Position numbers and translations under genes: made by a program. 47,835 nucleotides of DNA from a virus. Taxonomy: Duplodnaviria > Caudoviricetes. Positions 24,239-34,821 of this stretch are shown here, in pieces. Numbering within the stretch: the first letter of the stretch is position 1; every line of letters begins with the position of its first letter. The notes under the pieces were generated by a model, which was given only the letters and a program-made list of their open reading frames with translations, was not told the DNA's origin and searched no databases. Location of the stretch: positions 1-47,835 of IMG/VR virus record IMGVR_UViG_3300033485_000025; one strand, given 5' to 3'.

Positions 24239-26650
24239 TTATTCAAATTCATATACTACATCATCTTCAAAAGCGAACGCGTCATTATCTTCAAACTGTT
24301 TACTAGCCAAGCTAGGGATCGGTAATTCGTAGATCCGTCCCGAAAAATCAAACTGCGTAACCCCCGGAAATAATGCCACCAGTTTAGCGTTATCAATTAC
24401 AGCCTCAAAAGTATAAACGTTCACTAACATACTCTTTTTTAAGAGTGAATTTCCTAAAACTGAAATCCAAGGGGAATCCGATTCGTGAACGTGAACAGTA
24501 GATATTTCTCGTATTATTTTTACACCTCCAGCACCTTTTGGAGCAACGCCCATAACTCCAGCTATATCACCTATTATAGGTGGAGACCCCGATGTTTTTG
24601 TAAATATCGCTTTGATAGTTGTTTTTGCATCTAATAAAACATTTCCAGTTATTACAACACTTGTTGCGTAATCATATGACTGTATTACTCCGCTCCAATC
24701 GGTAGCATCACTATAATCCCAAGCTAATACATTGCTATCCGATTGAATTATATTGTTTACTCCGTTTTCTTCGATCGTTAATTGTGTTCTATAAATTATC
24801 GACCAACCCGAAGCGGCGTAATACCTAGCCCAATCTTGGTTAAAACCGTTGTTAGGTAACGTAGCGTCGAAGAATTGGGAACTTACGTTAGCTAACGCTA
24901 CGAAGTCTTCCCAACGTATTTTAAAAGGGTAAAGTAATTCATAAAATTTATTATTCCCCGAATCAGAAGCAGAATCCCGAAGTAAAGAAATTACATCGAA
25001 TATATTCCCGGCTCCCATTTTAAAGCCTTGGGCTTCTACAATATTTACTTCCTGTACCCCCGCTACTACCGAAGCCGAAACGGTAGAAAAGTTTTTCGTT
25101 TCTAAATTAAAATTCCCGTACGTCGCGTGAGAGGCAATTATTTTTACAGCTACATTTTTTAATACAGCCCCGTTAGTTATATCAATAGAAAAATTACTTT
25201 TCCCTATCTGCCAATCTTCTACGAAGCTACCCGAATAAGCCTCTGACGCACCAGCTACCGTAGTTTCGGGGTGACTTATAAATTCAGTAACTACGTTACC
25301 AGCGTCAGGGTTCGTTAAATCTTGATCGTAAACGTTTAACCCGTAAAATAAAGCAACCTTATCGGCGTCTTCCGTAGCTAGGGCGTGGTTTTGGATAGTA
25401 ACAAATAAAGCTAATTGTTTATTCGTAGCCGCTTCTATTCTCGTTTTATAGGCTGCGGATAAATCTATTTTTCCGGTAATAAGTATCGTAGTAGAACTTA
25501 TAAATAATGCTTGTATTTGTTTAAATACTTGTTTCCCCGTAGCGTAACCATCGCCGTTTACCGCTACCGCTCCGACGGTTTGTAAAGCCCGATCGAACAT
25601 AAAGTTGGTAGCTACGTCGGTAGAAGTATTAATATACTCAGTATCTGACTCCGGTAAAAAGAAATGATTTAAAACAAACTTTGTGTTGTTATTTGAGAAC
25701 GCAGGAGCCGCCGCGCTTATTACTATTGCGAAGCCCGTTTCTTGACTAAAATCTACGTATGTTTTTGGTAAACCAGCTACCGTAAATATTGGCGGGGAGA
25801 TAGTAAAATAATTTTTACCCTTATTAAAATTTTCGTTAAACCATCCTGTATTCCCTATTAAGAAATCATCTTCTGTAACGTGCTTTCTGTTCGGATCGTT
25901 TAGCGTATAAAGCAATTCGATATTATAAATATATCTTAAACAATTTTTATCTTCGTAATAGTCTGGAATAATTAACCCTAGTGTATTTAATTGATCTACT
26001 AAAAATAAAGGGGTAATGTAAAACGTGTGTGTTAATACAAAGCGGTTCAATGTTCCATACCCCAGAATGTATGCTGATCCCTGATTGTTGGATTTAAAAA
26101 GACCCTGCTGTATTAAATCAACTGTAATTAATACGTTTGTATAATCAATGCCTGCTTTACTAAATTTATTTTCATTGCCATCTATTAATGAATTATAATT
26201 TACAGAATCTTCGTTTTCAATTGTATTAGCTTTAAAATTTATTCCAGTGCATTCCGTTCTTCCATCAATACTTACTGCCGAAAAAGCTGTTACAACTCCT
26301 ACTCCAAAAGCTGCACCGTCTACCGTTATAGTTAATCCGTCCGAGCTTATAGCTGTAATATTTCTTATATAATGAGTTGGAGCAAAATAAATATCTACTA
26401 CATCGCCAACTCTAAAACCCTCGGCTGTCCAACTGTCTCCGCTATAATCGTTTACTCCACCACCAGCCGCAACCCACCACATTTCATTTAAATTTGTATA
26501 TAAATTTTTAGAAACATCCATTTCTAAAAACCATTCCGCCTGAAAGTCAATAGTAGCAATTATCTTATCTCCAATCGCTCCTAATAAATAATCGGTTGTT
26601 TCTGCACGAAACTCGTTTGTAAAAGAGATAGAATTAATTTTAACAGCCAT
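24239..26650 (-). CDS. Large tail structural protein
   Basis: 803-aa beta-rich ORF; GFRVGDVV...ITAISSDGLTITV motif. Confidence 0.65.
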   Translation of the reverse strand: MAVKINSISFTNEFRAETTDYLLGAIGDKIIATIDFQAEWFLEMDVSKNLYTNLNEMWWVAAGGGVNDYSGDSWTAEGFRVGDVVDIYFAPTHYIRNITAISSDGLTITVDGAAFGVGVVTAFSAVSIDGRTECTGINFKANTIENEDSVNYNSLIDGNENKFSKAGIDYTNVLITVDLIQQGLFKSNNQGSAYILGYGTLNRFVLTHTFYITPLFLVDQLNTLGLIIPDYYEDKNCLRYIYNIELLYTLNDPNRKHVTEDDFLIGNTGWFNENFNKGKNYFTISPPIFTVAGLPKTYVDFSQETGFAIVISAAAPAFSNNNTKFVLNHFFLPESDTEYINTSTDVATNFMFDRALQTVGAVAVNGDGYATGKQVFKQIQALFISSTTILITGKIDLSAAYKTRIEAATNKQLALFVTIQNHALATEDADKVALFYGLNVYDQDLTNPDAGNVVTEFISHPETTVAGASEAYSGSFVEDWQIGKSNFSIDITNGAVLKNVAVKIIASHATYGNFNLETKNFSTVSASVVAGVQEVNIVEAQGFKMGAGNIFDVISLLRDSASDSGNNKFYELLYPFKIRWEDFVALANVSSQFFDATLPNNGFNQDWARYYAASGWSIIYRTQLTIEENGVNNIIQSDSNVLAWDYSDATDWSGVIQSYDYATSVVITGNVLLDAKTTIKAIFTKTSGSPPIIGDIAGVMGVAPKGAGGVKIIREISTVHVHESDSPWISVLGNSLLKKSMLVNVYTFEAVIDNAKLVALFPGVTQFDFSGRIYELPIPSLASKQFEDNDAFAFEDDVVYEFE

Positions 26651-26874
26651 TATTTATATTTATTTATTGCGTTATCTAAATCTTTTCTTGCATCTTGAAA
26701 CTCAACTAATTTGCTTTTTAAATCTGAAAATGTAATAGCCTCCTGTATTTTTTTTGCTGCCTCAGGTGAAATATCTTTTTTGTAATTTTCAATTTGCCTC
26801 GGCAACTGCTCCGCTATTTTTACAATATATTTAGAGCCTTCTTCTACGTATTTTAAAAATGCAGGATCTATCAT
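26650..26874 (-). CDS. Hypothetical protein
   Basis: 74-aa ORF coupled at both ends. Confidence 0.6.
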   Translation of the reverse strand: MIDPAFLKYVEEGSKYIVKIAEQLPRQIENYKKDISPEAAKKIQEAITFSDLKSKLVEFQDARKDLDNAINKYK

Positions 26875-28745
26875 TCGCCTTGATTTTCTATTAGTATTTC
26901 TGTTAAATTATTATCGTAAAGTTTGTTTTCTTTGTATTTTATTGCCGCTGTATCCTGCCATACGTTCCATTTTAACGATAATAATTTAGCTGGATTGTTT
27001 TCTGGAGTTATAATTCTTGCTTCACCTTGGTTATTATTATTTAGTCCACGTATTTTATAATATGATTCGATACAAAAAGGTATAACAGGAATATTCCATT
27101 TATACGATTGATTGGCCGCCGGTTTATTTGTCGAAGGAACAAAACTTTCTATATAATGGAATTTTTCCCACATTTTTAAAGCAGATAATTTAGTTTCATT
27201 ATCAGTAGCTACTTTTACCTCCCATCCGCTGCCTGTTATTAACACGACTTTAGGAATAGAAAACATATCATTCGATAATGTTAACATACCAATTCGTCCC
27301 GACATTATTGATGCAAGACTTTTTTTATTTACATTAAATGCTGGTTTTTTTATTAAAGGAATCTTTACTCCAATCGTATTTAAAGCTTTTATTACTTTGT
27401 TAATAAAATCTATCGCTATATTTACTACTTTCAAAACAGCGTCAATAGCTGTATATACAGGTGTAAGGAGTTTGTCTATTGCTTTTAAAAACTTGTCTAC
27501 TAAAATCTCTACATCCGTTAATGTGTCTTTTCTCCTTCCTAAAGCAAAAGGAATAGAAGGCTGTTTAAACCCTTTTATTAAATCCGATTTTGTTGGATCA
27601 GCGTTTTTGTGAGTGATAAAATTCTTTACATTAGTTCCCTTGTATCTGTTTACGGTATTGAGATCTAAAGAATCAATTTGAAATTGTATTAAATAATTAG
27701 AAATCATTTCATCCGCATTGATTCCGTAAAATTCTTTACGTACATCCGGTATATTATACACCTCAGTAGATGAGCCAAAATCCCTTCTTTCGAAATGAAA
27801 TACATTTCCTATTATAATATGCTTCGCATTTAACACTCCCTCGAAAGCCCTTATTAAATCTCCGAAAGTTCCGTTAAAATATCCTTTCTGTTTTGCTGTT
27901 TTATTTTTTTTGAATCCTGCTTTATTTTTCTCAGGTAACAATAACATATTACTATAATCCCCGCTCGTTAATTCACTACCTGTTGGTACGCCTGCCTGTA
28001 AAATTGAACTGGAAAATGTTAATCCTAAATATTCACACGCCTTTATAAAATGCGTTTCAACCATCATTCCTAAATGATATTTTATAGGTTGAATTAACTC
28101 ATCCATTATTGCTTTAATTAATTTCACTAAAGCAATAATTAAAATCACTAAATAAACTATAAGGAAAATAAGTTGCAAGACCCCTGCTATTATTGATAAA
28201 TAACCTCCTATTAAAGATATAACGTCTATAATGTTCTTTATCGTTGTGACTATTTCACGTCCTATAACATATGCGCTGATTAGAAATAATGCAGCACCTT
28301 TATAGTCTGGAATATCAGAAACAATATACGGCATCTTTATAAAATCTGCATCCGTAATTATTCCACGCTGATACAATAGATCGAAGCTAAATCCATCCGC
28401 TATCTCATCCATCCAATCGGAGTTTTTTGCCTCACGTACTTTCGTTATTACTTTTGCACATGAAAACTCTGCATCGTTCGTGAGATCTATATAACCATTG
28501 AATAGTGTTAAGCCATTAACTTTTATTTCTAAAGGCACTCCGTAGAAAACCCCTGATCCGCCTGTTATTCCTGTTGCTAAATAGTTTTTTAAAATATCTG
28601 CATTTTCATTTACCCATGTAAATTTTTCTGAGGATATAGCTGTTTTTATTTCCGTTGGATCTTCAAAGTTTAATTCAAGTTCTAAGCTGCGATACTCAAC
28701 AGGTTCACGTACGAATTTTCCGTCTATGTAAAATTCTAAATTCAT
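26871..28745 (-). CDS. Tail tip/hub-like protein with membrane-like helices
   Basis: Follows the tape measure gene; long hydrophobic stretch IIAGVLQLIFLIVYLVILIIALV. Confidence 0.6.
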   Translation of the reverse strand: MNLEFYIDGKFVREPVEYRSLELELNFEDPTEIKTAISSEKFTWVNENADILKNYLATGITGGSGVFYGVPLEIKVNGLTLFNGYIDLTNDAEFSCAKVITKVREAKNSDWMDEIADGFSFDLLYQRGIITDADFIKMPYIVSDIPDYKGAALFLISAYVIGREIVTTIKNIIDVISLIGGYLSIIAGVLQLIFLIVYLVILIIALVKLIKAIMDELIQPIKYHLGMMVETHFIKACEYLGLTFSSSILQAGVPTGSELTSGDYSNMLLLPEKNKAGFKKNKTAKQKGYFNGTFGDLIRAFEGVLNAKHIIIGNVFHFERRDFGSSTEVYNIPDVRKEFYGINADEMISNYLIQFQIDSLDLNTVNRYKGTNVKNFITHKNADPTKSDLIKGFKQPSIPFALGRRKDTLTDVEILVDKFLKAIDKLLTPVYTAIDAVLKVVNIAIDFINKVIKALNTIGVKIPLIKKPAFNVNKKSLASIMSGRIGMLTLSNDMFSIPKVVLITGSGWEVKVATDNETKLSALKMWEKFHYIESFVPSTNKPAANQSYKWNIPVIPFCIESYYKIRGLNNNNQGEARIITPENNPAKLLSLKWNVWQDTAAIKYKENKLYDNNLTEILIENQGE

Positions 28746-31600
28746 CGGCGGAAATTAGGCTTCTTTGAAATTGTTTTTATAATATGCTTTTTACCGTCCT
28801 CAAACGTAGATGTAACAACGTTTCCGAACTGATCTAATTTAGTTTGATGTACAGGTTTGTTTTTTGTGATCTCAATAAGTACATCCATCTTTTTCTCCAA
28901 AGCACGATTATTAATAGTTGTATTTGAGTTTAAGAATACCGGGACTTTCGGAAATAAAACATCGTCACTTATCGGATTGTTTAACATTTCTTTTAAGTTA
29001 TAAAATCCTTCACGACCAAGGTTTGACATTTCGTTTGTAGTTAAAATCCCTTCTCTTTTATCCAACATCATTAACCTATCATTTCCTGCTCCGTGAGTTT
29101 TGGAGCTTCCAAGCGTTACCGAATCGGAAACCTCTCCTACTATACCACCTTTTTCAGCAAACGCAGCAGTGATCCCCTCTGAAATAGCAATATCCCTTAT
29201 CGCTTTCGTTATCGCAGTGTCCGGGTCTTCTTTTGCATAACTAGAAAGTAAAGAGTAGTACGATAAAATCTTTTGTCTTAACTCCTCAGCTTTTTGTTGT
29301 TTTTGTTTTTCAATTTCTAATTGTGCCGCTTTTTCCTGCTCTAACTCTAAAGTATTTGCCTGCCCTTTTTCTGCACGTTCCATTTGCCTTTCTAGGCTTT
29401 GATCCTGCGCTTCAATTTCTTTATCAATAGCGGACATTTTTTTATCGGACTGCTTTTGTAGTGCTTTATCCAAAACATCAACTGCAAAATCTGCCTGCTC
29501 AACGGCAAACTTGGTGCGCTCTTTTGCAATAGCTTTGTCCGATTCAATTTTTTCTTTGTTTATTTGCTCTTCTGTTTTTTGTAATTCTAGTCCATTATTT
29601 TTAAGATCGATCTTTAATTTTTCATCAATCTTTTTTATCTCAGCAGCCTTTACTTTTTCATCGTTAATTGTATTGCGTATTTTTTCTCGTTCATTTTCCG
29701 CTTGCTCTTCTAGTAGCGTTGCCCGGTCTATGTTTTCTTTAATTAATGAAGATTTTATAAATGCAAATTCAGCGTCCCTTTGTTTTGCTATTTTTAAGCT
29801 GAACAAATTCTTATCTTTTAAAATATCCTCGTTTGTTTTTTCGTAAGCTAAAGTTCTTTGATCTAAAACTTTTCTATCCCCATCAACAATATCTTGAGAT
29901 AATAATATATTTGTTTCTCTTTGTATTTCCGCTAAGCGCTGAGCCCTTTTTATTTCTTCGTCATCTAGTTTTTTAATTTCTTCTGCGTTTTTTATTCTGT
30001 TTTTTTGATATTCATTTACAACCTTCGCTAATTCCTTAATTGCTTCCTCGCCTATGCCTACCAGTTCGCCTTCCTCATTTATTTGTTGAATAGATTTTAA
30101 TTGATTTGCTAATTTTACAGCGTCCGTTTGATTAAGTAATGCCTGTTCATTAAACTGTATTCCAGTTTTCTCTTTGAAAATCCTTATTTCTTCTTTGGTT
30201 GTTTTGTTTTGTTCATTTAAAAGTTGTGCGGCTATTTTCCTTCGTTCTTCTAATTGATTTTTTTCATCATTCAATTGTTTTTCTAAGATTGCAGATTGCT
30301 CATTTGCGGATAATTTCTTACTTCTTAATAGCTCAACTTCTGCAATGGCCTGTTCAACATTTCTTTGGCGTTGTGCTGCTGCGTTTTGCCTTAATAAATC
30401 TTCGGAAGCGTCCTCTGCTGCATCTAATTTTAATAACGCTTCTAGTTGTTTGTCATATAAATCTGCTCTCGCATTTCCTTTTCCTGTTGCTAATTCGGTA
30501 GCTATGATTTCTTTATTTATAACATCTAGAGCTAATTTAGCACGCTCGATTTCTTTTTTTGCTACTTCATCGCCCAACTTAATAGATTCCAATAAAGCGG
30601 CATTGCGCTCTTTAAATCCAATTGTAGTATCATTTGAAATCTCGTTGTAATCTTCTTGGTTTTGTTTTAATTTTTCTATCTCAGAGGTTAATTGCCTTAC
30701 AGCCGGGCGGGACTTTTCTAGTGCTTCAAAGAAATTATCCAATGCTTCATTTATTTTAAATATACTGTTAAATGTACCCGTTCCAGCATTGGCTAATTGC
30801 AACATACCTTCCTTAGAAAGCCGATCCATTTTATCGGTTAAATTTTGTGCTGCCTCCACTCCTGATTTTAACGCTGCAACTAAAAAAGCAACGGCAGTAA
30901 CGGCTAATCCAATACCAACACCTTTTAACACACCCTTAAATGTAACTCCCTCCTTAGAGTTTTCCTTCATTTGTTTTTGAAGGTTTTTAAGGGTAATTAA
31001 AAGTCTGCCTATGCCCGTGCTAAATAATCCGGTTTCCTGAAACGCCTCTTTGATTTTATCTTTGTAATTACCGACTTCGCGCTGATTTTCCCCAACTGTT
31101 TTATCAATAGCTTTTAATTTCTGATCGAGTTCTTGAGTGGACTTTATTAACGCCCTATCAGCATCGTTCAAGGCTTTGCCGGATGCGATTAAATCTTTTA
31201 CTTCGCGTTTTTGTTTGTTTAGTTTTATGGAAAGTTTATCATAAGCATTTACTAAGCCTAAAGTTTCTTTTGCAGCTTGCTTGTTAGATTTATTTTGCTC
31301 CTGTGTTTTTAAATTTACCTCGGAAACTCTTTTGGCGTGCTCGGTTTGGGAAACCGCTAATTTTAATTCTGCCTTTTGAAGATCATCAATAATCTCCTTC
31401 TTTTTTTTAATCGACTTATTTAATTCTTCATTTTTTTCTAAAACCTCCGCAAGACCTTTAATATCGCTATCTGAAAACAGATCAACCTTTGTTCCTTTTA
31501 ATTCCTCTTTTAATTTAACTAACTTTTCAAGCTCCTCAATTTGTTTTTGCAAACTGGTTCCGGCTTCTATATCTACCTGTAATTTATACGTCTTTGCCAT
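28742..31600 (-). CDS. Tape measure protein
   Basis: 952 aa, largely coiled coil, QREVGNY motif and hydrophobic segment; preceded by a frameshifted chaperone. Confidence 0.88.
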   Translation of the reverse strand: MAKTYKLQVDIEAGTSLQKQIEELEKLVKLKEELKGTKVDLFSDSDIKGLAEVLEKNEELNKSIKKKKEIIDDLQKAELKLAVSQTEHAKRVSEVNLKTQEQNKSNKQAAKETLGLVNAYDKLSIKLNKQKREVKDLIASGKALNDADRALIKSTQELDQKLKAIDKTVGENQREVGNYKDKIKEAFQETGLFSTGIGRLLITLKNLQKQMKENSKEGVTFKGVLKGVGIGLAVTAVAFLVAALKSGVEAAQNLTDKMDRLSKEGMLQLANAGTGTFNSIFKINEALDNFFEALEKSRPAVRQLTSEIEKLKQNQEDYNEISNDTTIGFKERNAALLESIKLGDEVAKKEIERAKLALDVINKEIIATELATGKGNARADLYDKQLEALLKLDAAEDASEDLLRQNAAAQRQRNVEQAIAEVELLRSKKLSANEQSAILEKQLNDEKNQLEERRKIAAQLLNEQNKTTKEEIRIFKEKTGIQFNEQALLNQTDAVKLANQLKSIQQINEEGELVGIGEEAIKELAKVVNEYQKNRIKNAEEIKKLDDEEIKRAQRLAEIQRETNILLSQDIVDGDRKVLDQRTLAYEKTNEDILKDKNLFSLKIAKQRDAEFAFIKSSLIKENIDRATLLEEQAENEREKIRNTINDEKVKAAEIKKIDEKLKIDLKNNGLELQKTEEQINKEKIESDKAIAKERTKFAVEQADFAVDVLDKALQKQSDKKMSAIDKEIEAQDQSLERQMERAEKGQANTLELEQEKAAQLEIEKQKQQKAEELRQKILSYYSLLSSYAKEDPDTAITKAIRDIAISEGITAAFAEKGGIVGEVSDSVTLGSSKTHGAGNDRLMMLDKREGILTTNEMSNLGREGFYNLKEMLNNPISDDVLFPKVPVFLNSNTTINNRALEKKMDVLIEITKNKPVHQTKLDQFGNVVTSTFEDGKKHIIKTISKKPNFRR

Positions 31601-31976
31601 TAGCTTTCTTTATTGACTTATTGCGCTTGGTAATCAATTCCTGAAACTTCAACCGCTGCCCCAGCGACATTCTTTTTATACTTTCAATACTCTCGGAATT
31701 GCTTTGTTCCGATAAATTGAACACCATCTCCTCATATTCGTTATAGACCTTAACTACCGACTGATTATAATTTAGTCGGTCTTCCTTTTTTAAGCTCTTT
31801 AAATTTTTATACAGCGAAGATTTTAATTTTGCAATCTTATACCAGTTTGTTTCATCTTCTAAAGCAAACTGAATCTTTATTATTCTTTTAAGAACTCTTC
31901 CGGTAGTGGAGTTTTCATCAGTTCCAGCATCTGAGCATAAACCCCTAATATTGTTCCAGATGCTTTTATAAAATTT
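31584..31976 (-). CDS. Tail assembly chaperone -1 frameshift extension (gpGT-like, not in the ORF track)
   Basis: Slippery heptamer A-AAT-TTT at 31976-31970. The -1 frame is open from there to a TAA at 31586-31584, overlapping the tape measure start. Confidence 0.85.
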   Translation of the reverse strand, partial: KFYKSIWNNIRGLCSDAGTDENSTTGRVLKRIIKIQFALEDETNWYKIAKLKSSLYKNLKSLKKEDRLNYNQSVVKVYNEYEEMVFNLSEQSNSESIESIKRMSLGQRLKFQELITKRNKSIKKANGKDV

Positions 31977-32362
31977 TCTACCGCCTGTTCGACTACTCCT
32001 CTGCTAAGTCCAGCCTCCCGCATTTCTTTTATTTTTCTTTCGTGCGTAATATCTGAAATGTCGTTTTGCTTTTCGCCTTCTTCCAAACAGATAAGAGCAA
32101 AACAGTAGGTATAAGCATCGTAATTTAATTGCTTTAATGAGATGGCCTTTTTATAGTTTACCCACTCTAAAAGGCCGTCCGCATGATTCCCGGAGTTAAA
32201 ATTTTGAATATACTTTGTATAGGTTGTTAAAAATAAAGGCTCATTTACTTTCTCGAATATCTGTAATAGCCATTGTTTGAAAATATGGAAACGCTCGTCG
32301 TTAATATCGAACATGGTCTCCATTAGATCGTACTTTTTTTCACCTATTGTTATTTGTTTCAT
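31880..32362 (-). CDS. Tail assembly chaperone (gpG-like)
   Basis: Upstream of the tape measure gene; VENF slippery site. Confidence 0.8.
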   Translation of the reverse strand: MKQITIGEKKYDLMETMFDINDERFHIFKQWLLQIFEKVNEPLFLTTYTKYIQNFNSGNHADGLLEWVNYKKAISLKQLNYDAYTYCFALICLEEGEKQNDISDITHERKIKEMREAGLSRGVVEQAVENFIKASGTILGVYAQMLELMKTPLPEEFLKE

Positions 32363-32640
32363 TGAGAAAATTTATAAAGTATATTTGTTACTATTGCGTT
32401 GTAAGTTATTATTAAGATGAAATCTTGGTACGGGTAAGCGGATCTCCAAAGCAAAAGTTCCGCTATACCCATCCAAGTTGCAGTGCATAACACACAGCCC
32501 CCTAAAATCTTTATTAACCATGCCGGCAAATAAACAAACCAATTCTCTAAAAGGTAAGTATATGGCTTGTTAAATATTTGGTCTTTCTCAATGCTAACAT
32601 ATAATAAAAAAGCATTTAAAAAAGGTAATAAGTATATCAT
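32359..32640 (-). CDS. Small membrane protein with a CxxC motif (DUF1360-like)
   Basis: KILGGCVLCTATW and several TM segments. Confidence 0.6.
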   Translation of the reverse strand: MIYLLPFLNAFLLYVSIEKDQIFNKPYTYLLENWFVYLPAWLIKILGGCVLCTATWMGIAELLLWRSAYPYQDFILIITYNAIVTNILYKFSQ

Positions 32641-33383
32641 TTTATCTGTAGGGTTTTAACTCGCTGTATCAAATCTTTTGGCAGTATATCTTCAATGGCA
32701 GTGTCTGTTTTAAGGAAAGGTGCGCGAGGGTTGTGAAAATAAAACCTACGCTCCAATGAAATATTATTTAATCCATCAAAATCAACTCCGTTAGGAATAC
32801 AATCTTCTATCCAATAAGGGTTAACAGGCGCAATCATTCTATAAAACCAGCTGTCTATTCCGGACTTTTGAAACCCGTCTCCCGGCAACCTGTCCAGTAT
32901 TGAAGTTGAACAAGCCATGTTTAATCCCGTCTTGCATCCGTATCCGAAACTTTTTTGATCGAATAGGATCACCATTTTGTAATGAATAGAGTAATAATAT
33001 CCAGTTCGGTTTTGAATCCAATCGTACCCTTCATTTACTTTATCCATTGTTCTACGTAGGCGCAAAGGCTCTGCGTAACAGTCCGCAGCTTGTAATAGAA
33101 AAACTTTACTTGACTCGCTTCTACGATCTGCTAATGTTTTCCATTTTTGCGGCAATGGAATATGGTAATCTATGGCTAAATACTTAATTGAAACACATCC
33201 AACCTCTCGTAACCTGTCTGCGTATTTTTCAACTTCTTCAAGCCCAAATTGATCTATCTGCTCCTCCATTATCAAAAGCTCCCACTTAAAATCTACTTTC
33301 TCCTGTCTGCAAAGGCTTTCAAATGCTACCCATGCTATTGTTTTTGAGTTGTAAATAGGAAGAGCAACTGTTAATAAAATCAT
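32637..33383 (-). CDS. GT-A fold (GT2-like) glycosyltransferase
   Basis: LTVALPIYN...SLCRQ...WELLI; AADCYAEPLRL at the DxD position. Confidence 0.8.
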   Translation of the reverse strand: MILLTVALPIYNSKTIAWVAFESLCRQEKVDFKWELLIMEEQIDQFGLEEVEKYADRLREVGCVSIKYLAIDYHIPLPQKWKTLADRRSESSKVFLLQAADCYAEPLRLRRTMDKVNEGYDWIQNRTGYYYSIHYKMVILFDQKSFGYGCKTGLNMACSTSILDRLPGDGFQKSGIDSWFYRMIAPVNPYWIEDCIPNGVDFDGLNNISLERRFYFHNPRAPFLKTDTAIEDILPKDLIQRVKTLQIK

Positions 33384-33646
33384 ACATTTATTTTTATTGC
33401 GCCCCAGTTAGGGGTTTCAGAGTTTATAATCCGCTTTACTATTTCGTTTTTCTCATATTGGTTAGGGCTGTTTTTGTGCCTACATTTCTCATCTTTAAGA
33501 TCACAAACATCCTCCACGCCTTTCTTGTAGGCTTCAAAGGAAAATGTAGGAATAATACTTAGTTGCATTTCTGCTTTTACTTTTTTACGCTCTCCGTTGT
33601 AAATATCATACATTGACGGGTGGTAAACTGAATCTTTGTTACTCAT
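33380..33646 (-). CDS. Hypothetical protein
   Basis: 88-aa coupled ORF. Confidence 0.55.
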   Translation of the reverse strand: MSNKDSVYHPSMYDIYNGERKKVKAEMQLSIIPTFSFEAYKKGVEDVCDLKDEKCRHKNSPNQYEKNEIVKRIINSETPNWGAIKINV

Positions 33647-33649
33647 AAA

Positions 33650-33790
33650 TTATCTTATTTTGTTATAATAAAAATCCATCACCTCGTTACGTTCCGCTTG
33701 TCTAACTTCTGAAATATCAACACGGTTTTTAATGGTTCCCCATTTACAAACTACTCCATTCCAAACTACTACTGATGAATCGTTATACAT
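33650..33790 (-). CDS. Hypothetical small protein (46 aa, not in the ORF track)
   Basis: MYNDSSVVVWNG...NKIR fills the gap. Confidence 0.5.
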   Translation of the reverse strand: MYNDSSVVVWNGVVCKWGTIKNRVDISEVRQAERNEVMDFYYNKIR

Positions 33791-34289
33791 TTGCAAATAC
33801 TTTTGGAGGGGTGTTTGTGCTTAAAAACAAATCAACCCTGGTGTCTATTTTGTTTATTAAAATTTCTGTTAACCTATCTTCGTTATCAGGCATTAAGCCG
33901 ATAGCAAGATCATTTGTTTTACCCTGAACAGAGTTAGCTATCGGCGAATTAGATGTTAAGTCAAATCCATCAGCTCCGGGTATCAACTCTATGGTGTTGT
34001 GAAAAGCTCCGTTAATATAAAAATCCATTACCTCCTCCGGCTTTGAGGTATTTGGACTTATTTTCTTTTTCCATTTTTGATACCTTAGTGCGCTTTCCTT
34101 TGATTTAAAAAAAGGATCATCAACATATTTTGGCAATAAGTTTCCGTCTGCATTCAATCCTAAAAGCAATTGAGCCCTATTTAAGTCGGGAATTTCTTCC
34201 TTATTTTCCTCAATAGTGTCATCCGCTACCTTGTCGACAAACAAAGGCAGTGATTTCAACTTTAATATTAAATCCTCTACTGTGCCCAT
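33783..34289 (-). CDS. Neck/tail-completion-like virion protein
   Basis: DLNRAQLLLGLNADG...Y..KK...INGAFHNTI...IGL pattern. Confidence 0.6.
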   Translation of the reverse strand: MGTVEDLILKLKSLPLFVDKVADDTIEENKEEIPDLNRAQLLLGLNADGNLLPKYVDDPFFKSKESALRYQKWKKKISPNTSKPEEVMDFYINGAFHNTIELIPGADGFDLTSNSPIANSVQGKTNDLAIGLMPDNEDRLTEILINKIDTRVDLFLSTNTPPKVFANV

Positions 34290-34819
34290 TTTGCTACTAA
34301 ATAAATACGCTCGTTTACTATTCCGCTAACTTGTCCGAATTGCCCGGACTGCTCAATGGTAAATCCGCAACTCTCAAACAAATCTATTAACTCGCTCTGA
34401 TTAAAATGCTTAATTACCGTTGGATCTGGCTTATATGAATCATTTTTATTTTCCTCTACCCAATCTCTGTTTGGAGTTACAACAATTATTCTACCGCCTG
34501 GTTTTAAAAAGACTTTTATTTTTTTTAAAGTAACATCTAAATATTGAATATGAGCTATTGAATGCATGAAATAAATAACATCGTATGTATCGAATTCGTA
34601 AGGTTTTAAATACGAAAATTCAGGGTTATAATCTTCTACGTCAAACCCATGAGCTGCATGGTTTGTATATGCGTTTATTTTTAAAACAGAAGCACCAAGT
34701 CCGCACCCGTAATCAAGGATCTTTAATTTCCCATTCCCAATTAAGGAGCATAAAAATTTGTGCTCTAAATTATATTTCAAAGTCCCGTTAAATTGTTTTA
34801 ATTTTTCTGCGTAATCCAT
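34277..34819 (-). CDS. Class I SAM-dependent methyltransferase
   Basis: ILDYGCGLG, YDVIYFMHSIAHI, LKPGGRIIVVTPN. Likely ATG at 34819. Confidence 0.9.
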   Translation of the reverse strand: MDYAEKLKQFNGTLKYNLEHKFLCSLIGNGKLKILDYGCGLGASVLKINAYTNHAAHGFDVEDYNPEFSYLKPYEFDTYDVIYFMHSIAHIQYLDVTLKKIKVFLKPGGRIIVVTPNRDWVEENKNDSYKPDPTVIKHFNQSELIDLFESCGFTIEQSGQFGQVSGIVNERIYLVAKWAQ

Positions 34820-34821
34820 AT

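Noticed and set aside
31584-31880. Read-through fusion of the chaperone extension into the tape measure protein
   Set aside because: The -1 frame ends KANGKDV-stop at 31584, in a different frame from the tape measure ATG.
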